Shown: positions 26,629 to 35,008 of the stretch, piece after piece
How positions within the stretch are numbered: position 1 is the stretch's first letter
Layout: each line of letters opens with the position of its first letter
NCBI GenBank assembly: GCA_021826685.1
Contig: JAKAYT010000001.1
Location: 14,789-78,788 of the forward strand
Source of the DNA: Thermoplasmata archaeon
Lineage (GTDB): Archaea > Thermoplasmatota > Thermoplasmata > Lutacidiplasmatales > UBA184
DNA: 64,000 nt
Reading direction: 5' to 3'
Made by a program: the position numbers and the translations under genes
Notes under the pieces: generated by a model
Database searches by the model: none
What the model was told of the DNA's origin: nothing
What the model saw: only the letters and a program-made list of their open reading frames with translations

Positions 26629-27438
26629 TCAAACCAGACTGAGGTCTCCCCTCGCGAACGGCTTCATCACGAGGTCCCAAGGCGTGACGACCCCCGCCGA
26701 GCAGAAGATCGCTTCGGCGGCATTGAGGTCGAACTGTACCGCGGCGGCCGGTACGCGCATGGCTACATCGAGCTCGAGGACCGGTCGCGGTTCGAGCGCC
26801 CCGATCGTCAGCGGCGGCAGCCGTCCCGGATGCTCGCCCGCCCATTCCAACATCTCGGGACTGAAAAGCACTCGGATCAAGGACCGGTCGGTGATGACGG
26901 ATCGGGGTTCGCCCTCGACAAAGAGCCGGCGGACCCGTTTCTCCACCATGATCCTCGCCGCTTCCTCGAGAGGCATCGACCGTGGAACGGCGGGAAGCGG
27001 GCGCGTCGCCACGTCCTGCAAACGGAGCCCCGAGTCGAGCCGGCCGTGCTGATACAGTCGCAGCACGTCGACCACGGAGACGATCCTAGGGTTCGGACGA
27101 AACTTCACGAGAGCATGTCCGAACGTGGTCGACTCGTACCGGTCCAGCAGGGCCCCTACGAGAGCTTCCTCGGGAATCGGGCGGGCGATGCGCTGAACGT
27201 TCGCGATCCGGCCGACGAAGAACCGGTGGAGATCCGAGGTCTGTAGGACCTTCGCGAGCACGTCGTACCCGCCCGTAAGACCGCGCGCCGTACCGTCCTT
27301 GATCGACAGCGCATCGACGGTCCGCTCCCCTAGAAGGATCCCCCCGACTACGGGGGGTGTGTCGTCGCGAATCTCCTGCGACAAGTCCGGCGAGTCTTGG
27401 GGCCAGATCTCACGAATCGGGCGGTCGTTGCGAATCAT
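26629..27438 (-). CDS. CBS domain-containing protein
   Basis: 269 aa with repeated CBS-like beta-alpha-beta-beta-alpha segments (for example VITDRSLIRVL and GVVTPWDLV). Confidence 0.55.
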   Translation of the reverse strand: MIRNDRPIREIWPQDSPDLSQEIRDDTPPVVGGILLGERTVDALSIKDGTARGLTGGYDVLAKVLQTSDLHRFFVGRIANVQRIARPIPEEALVGALLDRYESTTFGHALVKFRPNPRIVSVVDVLRLYQHGRLDSGLRLQDVATRPLPAVPRSMPLEEAARIMVEKRVRRLFVEGEPRSVITDRSLIRVLFSPEMLEWAGEHPGRLPPLTIGALEPRPVLELDVAMRVPAAAVQFDLNAAEAIFCSAGVVTPWDLVMKPFARGDLSLV

Positions 27439-27667
27439 GAACTAAGGAATCGTTCCAACGGGCGCCTCGGTAGACCCTCCCGCGAAGCAAGCGGGGATGT
27501 CCCGCACCGGTTCGGTAATTCACTTTAAATACCTACCGATAAACCTGCGCCTCCTCCAACCCCGTGCATCGAGGGTCGCGGACACCAGAAGGAAGGTCGG
27601 GCAAGCATGCGAGCGGGCTTTCGAAGCCGACGCTCGTTCCCTGACGGGTCGGTCCGCAGGAAGGGAG

Positions 27668-27768
27668 TGCTCCCGGCGGGAGTTTCCCCGTGAAGCGCCG
27701 CATCACGGATTTGAACCCGCGTCAGAGGCTCGAGAGGCCTCTATCCTTGACCACTAGACTACGGGAGC
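27668..27768 (-). tRNA. tRNA-Glu (anticodon CUC) with a 28-nt insert (putative intron) in the 3' half of the T-arm
   Basis: I folded the cloverleaf by hand. The elements are acceptor GCTCCCG/CGGGAGC, D-arm GTCT..GGAT, anticodon arm GAGGC-CTCTCGA-GCCTC and T-arm GCGGG-TTCAAAT-CC[insert]CGC, with discriminator A. Confidence 0.8.
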
Positions 27769-27897
27769 GCTCGAGGGGGCGGTAAGGGCCCTGCCGTTTG
27801 AGGGTTTCGTTGCCGCGTTCCCCACCCCGGGAGGCGCCGACCAACGTGCCCGCTGGGGCGAAACCGTCTAAGCCGTCCCCCAACTCGACGTAGGGCG

Positions 27898-28353
27898 ATG
27901 ACACCGCCGGTCAAGGCCCGAAGCGGGCACATCCTGCTCGACCCTCGACGACACTACAAGGACCTCGTCCGAGTCTACCCGGATATCTACAAACGGGTCG
28001 TCGACGCGAACCGGCCCTTCGTCAAGGAGGGGGAATCGATCCTCCCGGAGGTACTGCTCGAGGAGAACCTCCGCGACTTGAGGGCCAACCGCAAGCCCGC
28101 CGGCTACAACCGACCGGACGCGTTCGGCATGCGCCTCGTCTTCCCAATCGCGGATCCCACTCGGGTGGAGTTCTACTTCACGAAGGCGATCCGATGCCAG
28201 GAGGTCGTCCAGATGACGGAGCAGGCCTCGCAGATGCTCCGCCGACGCGGGATCAAGCACACGGTCGAGTACGACCGCCTACCTCTCGGACCTCCTCGCG
28301 GGCCCCCGGGATTCCTCCCGAACCCGGCGGGGGTCGGTACGGCCGTAAGTTGA
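27898..28353 (+). CDS. Hypothetical protein
   Basis: The 151-aa ORF has strong G/C bias at third codon positions and a normal residue mix. The overlapping minus ORF (27868-28260) looks like an antisense artefact. I recognise no family. Confidence 0.5.
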   Translation: MTPPVKARSGHILLDPRRHYKDLVRVYPDIYKRVVDANRPFVKEGESILPEVLLEENLRDLRANRKPAGYNRPDAFGMRLVFPIADPTRVEFYFTKAIRCQEVVQMTEQASQMLRRRGIKHTVEYDRLPLGPPRGPPGFLPNPAGVGTAVS

Positions 28354-28373
28354 ACGGCGCCCCCGACGGTACG

Positions 28374-28760
28374 TTACGCCCGCGTGATCAGCCGGCGACC
28401 CATGGCGTCGAGGTATTGGACCTCCCCGCCCGCGGTAAGGGTCCCTCTCAGCTCGTCCTGCATCGGCATACTGAACGTCTCGTACGTCTCGAGGTCCATC
28501 AACTGGATCTCGGAGTCGGTGAGCGAAATGATCTGGGCGGTACGCTTGCCGATCATCGGGACCTGTACCTTGTGCTTCACCGGGAAAACGACGCTGCGCT
28601 TCGACCCGTCGAAGATCCCGACCGCGTCGATGCGCGCCTTGGCTTCGCCGTGTTTCCCCGGCTTTGAGGTCTGAATGCTAAGGATACGGCAGGGCTCTTC
28701 GTCGATAATCATGTAGCGGCCCTCTTTGAGTTCGCGAACCTCCGCCTGCGTCCACGCCAT
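28374..28760 (-). CDS. eif5a: Translation initiation factor 5A
   Basis: The hypusine-site motif TSKPGKHGEAKAR is present. The protein is 128 aa. Confidence 0.95.
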   Translation of the reverse strand: MAWTQAEVRELKEGRYMIIDEEPCRILSIQTSKPGKHGEAKARIDAVGIFDGSKRSVVFPVKHKVQVPMIGKRTAQIISLTDSEIQLMDLETYETFSMPMQDELRGTLTAGGEVQYLDAMGRRLITRA

Positions 28761-28947
28761 CGAATGCGGCCTCGCCGCGGGGAACTTCCTCGGACGATAA
28801 ATGTTGCTCCGGGTCGTCCCGCGCCCTCATGGGATGGCTGGGACGCGCGCGAAACGCCGATCGGGGGAAGCGTGCGGACCGCGGAGGATTCGGCTCGCGG
28901 CGACGCTTAACGAATGTCTAAATAGATGTTTTCTCTACGTTTTACGC

Positions 28948-29346
28948 GTGCGAGACGCCGAACGGACCGGCAGTACGTCCCGATTCCTGGGGGTGCGCCT
29001 CACCCTCGAGGAGAACGGACGGCTCGAAGAGTTTCGGCGGGTGCGCGGCCTCGCGACCACATCGGACGCGGTCCGCGCGCTCGTGAACGAAGGAGCGAAG
29101 ACCGGCGTAGGTGCCGCCGAGCTTCCTGCGACTCTGTCCGAAGAACTCGCGGAGCTGGTCGAGCTCGGGTATGCCCGGAACCCAGAGGAGGCCCTCGCGG
29201 TCGCCCTGCAGCTCGGGTTGGCCGAGATCGCCCGGCTCCACGGGGACTCTTGGAAACAGATGCGGTCCCACGCGCGCGACGTGGCCGATCGTCGCCGCGT
29301 CCGAGAACGGGCGGATCGCGAGGGGCGGGGACTCCTCCGGCGCTAG
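28948..29346 (+). CDS. Ribbon-helix-helix (CopG-like) DNA-binding protein
   Basis: SRFLGVRLTLEENGRLEEFRRVRGLATTSDAVRALV fits the RHH strand-helix-helix pattern. GTG 28948 lies 26 nt downstream of the TAAATAGA box (28918-28926). Confidence 0.5.
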   Translation: MRDAERTGSTSRFLGVRLTLEENGRLEEFRRVRGLATTSDAVRALVNEGAKTGVGAAELPATLSEELAELVELGYARNPEEALAVALQLGLAEIARLHGDSWKQMRSHARDVADRRRVRERADREGRGLLRR

Positions 29347-29373
29347 TCTCCGATCAAAGGGTAGGTTGCAAAC

Positions 29374-29601
29374 ATGGAACCGTTGGGCATTGCGTGGAGC
29401 GAACGAAGTGGATTCATCTGCCGGCTGTGCCGTCAGGACGCGAAGCATAATGAGGTGCTGCACATCTCCTACTGTCCCGTCCACGGATTGAGCTCGCCAC
29501 TGGATCTGCTCCCGGGGCGGCCGGAGGCGAGAGCGCTACGCGGCTCTACACCCGCACGGGCGACGATGGCACCACCGCTCTCGTCGGCGCCACACGCGTA
29601 G
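29374..29601 (+). CDS. Small ORF with a C-x2-C...C-x2-H motif (possible zinc-binding protein); doubtful
   Basis: The 75-aa ORF reads FICRLCRQDAKHNEVLHISYCPVHG. Its 3' third overlaps the adenosyltransferase reading frame. Confidence 0.25.
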   Translation: MEPLGIAWSERSGFICRLCRQDAKHNEVLHISYCPVHGLSSPLDLLPGRPEARALRGSTPARATMAPPLSSAPHA

Positions 29602-30089
29602 CGAAGGACTCGGCCCGCATCGAAGCGTACGGAACGCTCGACGAACTAGCGTCGTTCCTCGGGCTCGTAGAGGCCGAGCTCTCTCCGGCGCTCGATCAAC
29701 TCCGCCCGCTGCTCACCCAGCTCGGCCACGAGCTCTTCCTCGCCGAGAACGAGCTCGCCACGCCGCCCGGGAAGGACCCGCCGGGCGGCCGGATCACCGC
29801 GGCCCACGTCGAACGCATCGAGCGCGACATCGATGAGTATTCGGGACCGGTGCAGTCGCTACGGAAGTTCGTGCTACCCAAAGGATCCCCCGACGCCGCT
29901 CGGTTCCACGTCGCTCGAACGATCGCGCGCCGGGCGGAGCGAGAGCTATGGCGACTTCATCGGGTCGAGGCGCAGCCGGCACCGCTCCTCCAGTGGATCA
30001 ACCGCCTGAGTGACCTCCTGTTCGCTTTGGCCCTCTGGTCGAACGAACGTCAGGGAGTACGGGAGACGCCGGTCGATTACTCGCAGTAG
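29538..30089 (+). CDS. PduO-type ATP:cob(I)alamin adenosyltransferase; no canonical start codon
   Basis: The conserved sequence (T)RLYTRTGDDGTTALVG...RIEAYGTLDEL... starts at an ACG codon (29538). There is no ATG, GTG or TTG in frame between the stop at 29451-29453 and codon 29850. Confidence 0.75.
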   Translation, partial: TRLYTRTGDDGTTALVGATRVAKDSARIEAYGTLDELASFLGLVEAELSPALDQLRPLLTQLGHELFLAENELATPPGKDPPGGRITAAHVERIERDIDEYSGPVQSLRKFVLPKGSPDAARFHVARTIARRAERELWRLHRVEAQPAPLLQWINRLSDLLFALALWSNERQGVRETPVDYSQ

Positions 30090-30105
30090 TCCCGGGTTCG
30101 CGCAC

Positions 30106-31302
30106 ATGGAGATCGGAGTTGTCGGAAAGCCGAACGTCGGCAAGTCGACGTTCTTCAACGCGCTGACGCTGCTCGATGTGCCGATGGCCCCGTTCCCGTT
30201 CACTACGATCGCACCGAGTAGAGGGGTCGCGGCGGTGCGAACGAGGTGCCCCCACCTGGACCTCGGGGTCCCGTGCACACCGGGGAACGCGGCGTGCGTC
30301 GACGGAACGCGTTGGGTCCCGGTGAACCTCATTGACGTTCCCGGCTTAGTCCCGGGTGCCCACGAGGGCCGTGGACTCGGTCACAAGTTCCTGGACGACC
30401 TCCGACCCGCCGACGGATTTCTGCAGGTCGTCGACCTTTCCGGTGCGACCGACGCCGAAGGAGTGATCGGGGCGCCGGGCTCCCACGATCCTGCGGAAGA
30501 GGTTCATTGGCTCGAAGAGGAGCTGGTCTCCTGGGCCTCCGAGATCCTCGCGCGGGACTTCGAGCGACAGGCGCGGGTCGCCGAGCTCGAGGGAAAGGCG
30601 GCCGAAGAGATCCTCGCGTCCCGCCTCACCGGTCTCTCGATCTCCATGGGAGCGATCACGACCGCGCTGCGCGCGACCGGGTTCGATCGTTCGCATCCGT
30701 CGACCTGGACCGCAGACCAACGGCGAACCCTGGCCCGCGAACTGCTCCGGACCGCGAAGCCGCGATTGGTCGTGGCCAACAAGGCCGACCGCTCGACCCC
30801 CGAGGCGGCCCACGCCCTGGCGGAGTCCCTCGCTCCTCTGGCGGTCGTCCCGACATCTGCGGATCAAGAACTCACCCTCCGCCGAGCCGCTCGCGCCGGA
30901 CTGGTTCGGTATCGACCGGGCGACGCGACGTTCGACGTGCCGGACGAGGACCGCCTGTCTCCGGCGCAGCGCCGCGCCCTCGACGGGATCCGGTTGACGC
31001 TGAGCCGCTGGGGTTCCACCGGAGTGCAGTCCGCCCTCGAGACGATGGTGTTCGACCGGTTGCATCGAATGGTCGTCTATCCGGTCGAGGACGAGACGCA
31101 CTGGACCGATGGCAAGGGGCGCGTCCTGCCGGATGCGCACATCGTTCCGATCGGGACCACCGCGCGGCAGCTGGCCTACCGAGTGCACACCGTCCTGGGG
31201 GAAAACTTCATTCGCGCGATCGATGCGCGGACGCACCGGGCGCTCGGCGCGGAGCATCCGCTCGAGCCGAATGCCGTCGTGCGGATCGTCGCGCGCCGTT
31301 AG
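30106..31302 (+). CDS. Obg/YchF-like GTPase with C-terminal TGS domain
   Basis: MEIGVVGKPNVGKSTFFNALT is the P-loop and DVPGLV is G3. The protein is about 398 aa. Confidence 0.85.
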   Translation: MEIGVVGKPNVGKSTFFNALTLLDVPMAPFPFTTIAPSRGVAAVRTRCPHLDLGVPCTPGNAACVDGTRWVPVNLIDVPGLVPGAHEGRGLGHKFLDDLRPADGFLQVVDLSGATDAEGVIGAPGSHDPAEEVHWLEEELVSWASEILARDFERQARVAELEGKAAEEILASRLTGLSISMGAITTALRATGFDRSHPSTWTADQRRTLARELLRTAKPRLVVANKADRSTPEAAHALAESLAPLAVVPTSADQELTLRRAARAGLVRYRPGDATFDVPDEDRLSPAQRRALDGIRLTLSRWGSTGVQSALETMVFDRLHRMVVYPVEDETHWTDGKGRVLPDAHIVPIGTTARQLAYRVHTVLGENFIRAIDARTHRALGAEHPLEPNAVVRIVARR

Positions 31303-32294
31303 TGCGCGCGACCCGGGTCTGTCTCCGAGACAAGACCGGCCCCCCTCCGGGCCGGTCGGACGGCGAACGCAAGGGCGCCGACCCGGGCGAGTCGCCGGAC
31401 GCACTCGGCCTCGCGGCCGGGAATCGGTAGGGCGACGATCGAACCCCCGGCTCCCGCCCCGGTGAGCTTGGCCGCCGCCGCGCATTCGGAGACGGAGGTG
31501 ATCAGCTCCTCAAGTCGGGGGTGGCTCACTCCGACCTCGCGCAGGAGTTCCTGATTGGCGCGCATCGCGCGCGCCGTTTCGTTCCGGTCCTCGCGAGCGA
31601 TGGCTCGGATCCCTTCCAGGGCGACGGCACGGAACCGCGCCAACAGCTGTGGACCGTCGGGCCGAGCCAAGCGTTCGCCTACCGCTCGCACGGCGTCTTG
31701 GGTCGACCGAGGGACTCCCGAGTACGCGACGATCCAGGACCAGCCGGGGTCGGATCCTCGCCGAACCGTCCAGCGCTGGCTCCCGCTCGATACCGTCCAC
31801 AGGGTCGGCCCGTCTCCGCCGTTGAGCGTCACGTATCCGCCCGCCACGGAGGTCGAGGTGTCCCCCGGGCTCCCGACGCCCTGAGCGCCCCGTTCGATGT
31901 CGAAGGAGATCTGCGCCAGATCCGCCCTTGCGACTCCTTCGTGCGCGGCGCCGAGCGCCGCGGCGAGGGCCGCCACGAACGCGGCCGAGGAGCCCAGCCC
32001 TGCCGCCTTCGGGATGCGCGAGACCGCGCGGACGTCGATGGGAGGGCCGGCCCTCCAGCAAGCCTCGAGCGCGGCTCGGAAGTAGGCGTGGTGCCGGAGC
32101 GCTTCCGTGTCGGCGTTCAATCGGGTGCGATCCGATGCCCGGACGATGACCTGGGTATCGAGGTCGATGGCCAGGGCGAGCTCGGGCGCGCCGTGGACCA
32201 CGGCGTGCTCGCCGAAGAGGATGCACTTTCCCGGCGCGCGGGTCGATATCGGAAGGGTGCGTCGCTCGATCGGTGGGAGGTCCTCGCTCGTCAT
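31299..32294 (-). CDS. mvk: Mevalonate kinase
   Basis: GKCILFGEHAVVHG, GLGSSAAFVAAL and KLTGAGAGGS are GHMP kinase motifs. Its ATG overlaps the stop of the upstream gene (ATGA). Confidence 0.9.
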   Translation of the reverse strand: MTSEDLPPIERRTLPISTRAPGKCILFGEHAVVHGAPELALAIDLDTQVIVRASDRTRLNADTEALRHHAYFRAALEACWRAGPPIDVRAVSRIPKAAGLGSSAAFVAALAAALGAAHEGVARADLAQISFDIERGAQGVGSPGDTSTSVAGGYVTLNGGDGPTLWTVSSGSQRWTVRRGSDPGWSWIVAYSGVPRSTQDAVRAVGERLARPDGPQLLARFRAVALEGIRAIAREDRNETARAMRANQELLREVGVSHPRLEELITSVSECAAAAKLTGAGAGGSIVALPIPGREAECVRRLARVGALAFAVRPARRGAGLVSETDPGRAH

Positions 32295-32863
32295 AGGGCC
32301 CCCTTGCGCTCCGCGAGCGACTTTCCGTGGGCGCGGGGACGGATCCACTGCCGCGCCCCGGAGCGAGGACCGGGGCCCGGAACTCCCATGAGCCGATCGA
32401 GCGTCAGGGCCAGCGCGGCTACCTCACTGTGAGGTTCGTGCCCCACCGCAACGTTGAACGAGGCCATTTGGTAGAGCACGGAGGGGACTTTTGCGCCGCC
32501 GACGACGACCAGGACCGGGCGGTCCCGACGGATGCGACGGACCACCCGATCGAGGGGCAGACCGTACATCGTCAGGTGGACGATCGTTCCGGGCCAAGTC
32601 CGCAGAAGGGCCCGGTAGTCATCGATGCCTTCGACCTCGAACTCCCCGCCCCAACGTTCGCGCACAGCGGCGAGGCGCTCGGCGATACCGGGATCGGCGG
32701 GATGCAGGTAGAGACGGCGAGCGCCCAGCGCTCGCGCGGTCAGTGCGACGTGGGTCGTCAAGCGGGGGTCGCGGCCGGGCCGGTGCCCCACGCGTAGGAC
32801 GCGTACGTCCTCAACGCGATTCGTCGCCCGCTTCCGGTTCGATCCTTTCGATGCGATGGCCAC
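32291..32863 (-). CDS. trm56: tRNA (cytidine56-2'-O)-methyltransferase aTrm56 (SPOUT)
   Basis: LRVGHRPGRDPRLTTHVALTARALGA and GHEPHSEVAALALTLDRL match the aTrm56 pattern. Confidence 0.8.
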   Translation of the reverse strand: MAIASKGSNRKRATNRVEDVRVLRVGHRPGRDPRLTTHVALTARALGARRLYLHPADPGIAERLAAVRERWGGEFEVEGIDDYRALLRTWPGTIVHLTMYGLPLDRVVRRIRRDRPVLVVVGGAKVPSVLYQMASFNVAVGHEPHSEVAALALTLDRLMGVPGPGPRSGARQWIRPRAHGKSLAERKGAL

Positions 32864-33344
32864 GGTACTCCAGCCGGTCGGATCGCTTCACGAGCCCCTT
32901 AAGGCGGGTCGGCGACATCTTGAGGTCCTCGGCGACATCGGAGAAGAACCGTCCCTCGGGCCCCACGGCCTCGTAGATGCGGGCCTCGAGGCGGGCGAAC
33001 TCCTTCGGGGGAAGGCTTGCGATAGCGAGGATGTCGGAGATCTCGGGGAGCGGGCTTGTGGTATTGATGTTGATCGTGGAGTAGTAAAAGTGGTAGCTTT
33101 TTTCGGGCTGGCGGTGGCCCTCGCGCGCGACCCAGCGCGTGTCGATCAACTTGAGCTTCTCGAAGAGCGGGAGCGCGTGTAGCCCTTCCTTGCCGAACTC
33201 CTTCTCGATGTCCTCTTGGGTGAGCCAGGTCTCGGCCAGCCGCTGGACGAGGGAGAGCTTGAGCGGCGAGTCCACGGCCCGCAGAATGGGTACCAGGTCG
33301 CTGATGTCGTTGACAACCTTGATGCGGTGCACGGCGGTCGACAT
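32811..33344 (-). CDS. Winged-helix (ArsR-like) DNA-binding protein, conserved archaeal
   Basis: 177 aa. The N-terminus PILRAVDSPLKLSLVQRLAE..LTQEDIEKEFG looks wHTH-like. Its 3' end overlaps the trm56 start by 53 nt. Confidence 0.5.
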   Translation of the reverse strand: MSTAVHRIKVVNDISDLVPILRAVDSPLKLSLVQRLAETWLTQEDIEKEFGKEGLHALPLFEKLKLIDTRWVAREGHRQPEKSYHFYYSTININTTSPLPEISDILAIASLPPKEFARLEARIYEAVGPEGRFFSDVAEDLKMSPTRLKGLVKRSDRLEYRGHRIERIEPEAGDESR

Positions 33345-33365
33345 GGCCAGTAGAACGGTCTTCTC

Positions 33366-33524
33366 CTATTCGGACGGTTGCCGCTCCGCGAGGAGGAGCC
33401 TCCGGTACTTGCCGTAACGATCCTGAGGACTAAAGCGCACTGGATGAGGCGTCCGGGTCGCGCTAGCGCATTCGGGGCACCGATCCTGGAACGAGTAGCG
33501 TCCGCACGACGGGCACCGTCGCAT
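33366..33524 (-). CDS. nop10: H/ACA RNP protein Nop10 (52 aa; below the ORF-track cutoff)
   Basis: My hand translation gives MRRCPSCGRYSFQDRCPECASATRTPHPVRFSPQDRYGKYRRLLLAERQPSE. It shows the zinc ribbon plus the P-x-RFSP-x-D-x-Y-x-x-YR signature. It lies just downstream of aIF2-alpha, as in many archaea. Confidence 0.85.
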   Translation of the reverse strand: MRRCPSCGRYSFQDRCPECASATRTPHPVRFSPQDRYGKYRRLLLAERQPSE

Positions 33525-33535
33525 CGGGGGAGGAC

Positions 33536-34312
33536 TCACGTCCGTGTGAACGAGCCTCTACCGCCCGCCTCCTTGATGGCGCGGATTGCTCCTTCGGTGG
33601 CGCGCTTGAGTGTCTCCTCCGCCTGCTTGTACTGGCTGGCTTCGACGACGACACGATAGCGGGGCGCTCCAACGTACTGGACCGTCACCGACGCGGGATC
33701 GGTCGCCTCCGCGGCCTCGAGCGCGCGGCGCACATGTTCCACCCCATCGGGCGCCAAGTCCTGGATCTCGAGGACGCCCCGAATCGAGACGTGCGGCGGC
33801 TGGATGTTGTCCCGAGCAACTTTGAGGAAGGCGCTCGCCCAGTTCGACTTCTCGTTCTCCTTCTGGAACCGCTTCGGGTCGGCCGAGGCGACCTCGAACG
33901 CACCGTAGAGCGTCTCGTAGCGGCTCACGAGATCGCTCGCGAAGAGGTCGGTCGCCTCGCTCGAGGAGATCTTCAGCGCCTTCGCGACCTGGTCGAGCAG
34001 ACGCATCGCGCGCTGCTCGTTCTTCCACGCCTGGACCTTTTCCCGACGCTGGTGATCGTTGATCCGCTTCAGCGAGAGATCGACCTGGCCCTTCGCCGCG
34101 TCGACCCGCAGGACCCGCGCCACGACCTTCTGGCCCTCGCGAATGTGGTCCCGGATGTACTTGACCCACCCCGGAGCAACCTCGGAGAGGTGGATGAACG
34201 CCTCGCGTTTTCCGTACTCATCGAGCGTGACCACCGCGCCGAAGTTACGGATCGCGCTGACCGTAGCGACGACGAGGTCCCCTTCCTCGGGGAACGCGGG
34301 ACGAAGCGGCAT
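33536..34312 (-). CDS. eif2a: Translation initiation factor 2 subunit alpha
   Basis: The N-terminal S1 domain reads GDLVVATVSAIRNFGAVVTLDEY...EAFIHLSEVA. The protein is 258 aa. Confidence 0.9.
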   Translation of the reverse strand: MPLRPAFPEEGDLVVATVSAIRNFGAVVTLDEYGKREAFIHLSEVAPGWVKYIRDHIREGQKVVARVLRVDAAKGQVDLSLKRINDHQRREKVQAWKNEQRAMRLLDQVAKALKISSSEATDLFASDLVSRYETLYGAFEVASADPKRFQKENEKSNWASAFLKVARDNIQPPHVSIRGVLEIQDLAPDGVEHVRRALEAAEATDPASVTVQYVGAPRYRVVVEASQYKQAEETLKRATEGAIRAIKEAGGRGSFTRT

Positions 34313-34330
34313 CGGCCGCGAGCCTCCCGC

Positions 34331-34513
34331 CTACGCTCCCGCCGGCTTGACGAACTCGCCGCGCAGCTTTGCCCGGCCGCCGGTAGGGACCGCCAGCGTC
34401 GCCCCGCACACGAGGCAGCTCACCGGCGTCGCGGGGCGGCTGAAGATCGTTTGCTCCGCGGAGCAGTCCGGACACTTCACGACCCAGAACGGTGCGGGTT
34501 CACGCGTCGGCAT
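34331..34513 (-). CDS. rps27e: 30S ribosomal protein S27e
   Basis: From the internal Met it reads FWVVKCPDCSAEQTIFSRPATPVSCLVCGATLAVPTGGRAKL. Confidence 0.9.
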   Translation of the reverse strand: MPTREPAPFWVVKCPDCSAEQTIFSRPATPVSCLVCGATLAVPTGGRAKLRGEFVKPAGA

Positions 34514-34527
34514 GATTCGGACCGCTC

Positions 34528-34812
34528 CTACCGGTGCTCCACGAGTTCGAGCTGGCTCGCCCGCCAGCTCGCGGGCTGGACGGTGTATTTGCACTTCTTG
34601 CATCGGTACTTGAGATTGACGCGACGGACCGCTTTCGCGCGGCCCTCCGGCTTCGGGCGCGGGAAACCGCCGTAGCCGCGGGTTGCGCGACGGAATCGGC
34701 GCTGGCCCCACTTAAGCTCGGAAGCGGGGCGCTTCTTTCCCTTCTCGACCTCGTGCTCCGTGTGCGTGCGGCACTTGGGGCAGTAGCTCGAGACGACCTT
34801 CGGATAGTGCAT
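34528..34812 (-). CDS. rpl44e: 50S ribosomal protein L44e
   Basis: The sequence reads MHYPKVVSSYCPKCRTHTEHEV...KYRCKKCKYT. It has the zinc-binding pairs of cysteines and is 94 aa. Confidence 0.9.
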   Translation of the reverse strand: MHYPKVVSSYCPKCRTHTEHEVEKGKKRPASELKWGQRRFRRATRGYGGFPRPKPEGRAKAVRRVNLKYRCKKCKYTVQPASWRASQLELVEHR

Positions 34813-35008
34813 GGCGGTCGGCCGAGACGCGAGGCCATATATAGGCGGTGGGGAAAGGCGCGTGATTGGATCGCGGACTCTCGACCTTCCCATCGGCGGG
34901 TGGGGAACCTCGGCACGAACCCTCTTCCACGCGCCGCTCTCGGCGTCCGGCCCGCCGAAGCTTTATGTACAAAGCCCTGCTCGGCCGCGCCACACCGGTG
35001 GTAAATCC

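Noticed and set aside
27868-28260. 130-aa minus ORF overlapping the 27898-28353 plus ORF; likewise the 28942-29484 minus ORF opposite the RHH gene
   Set aside because: Their D/R/L/V-rich composition is typical of antisense translation. The plus-strand frames show the expected third-position G/C bias.
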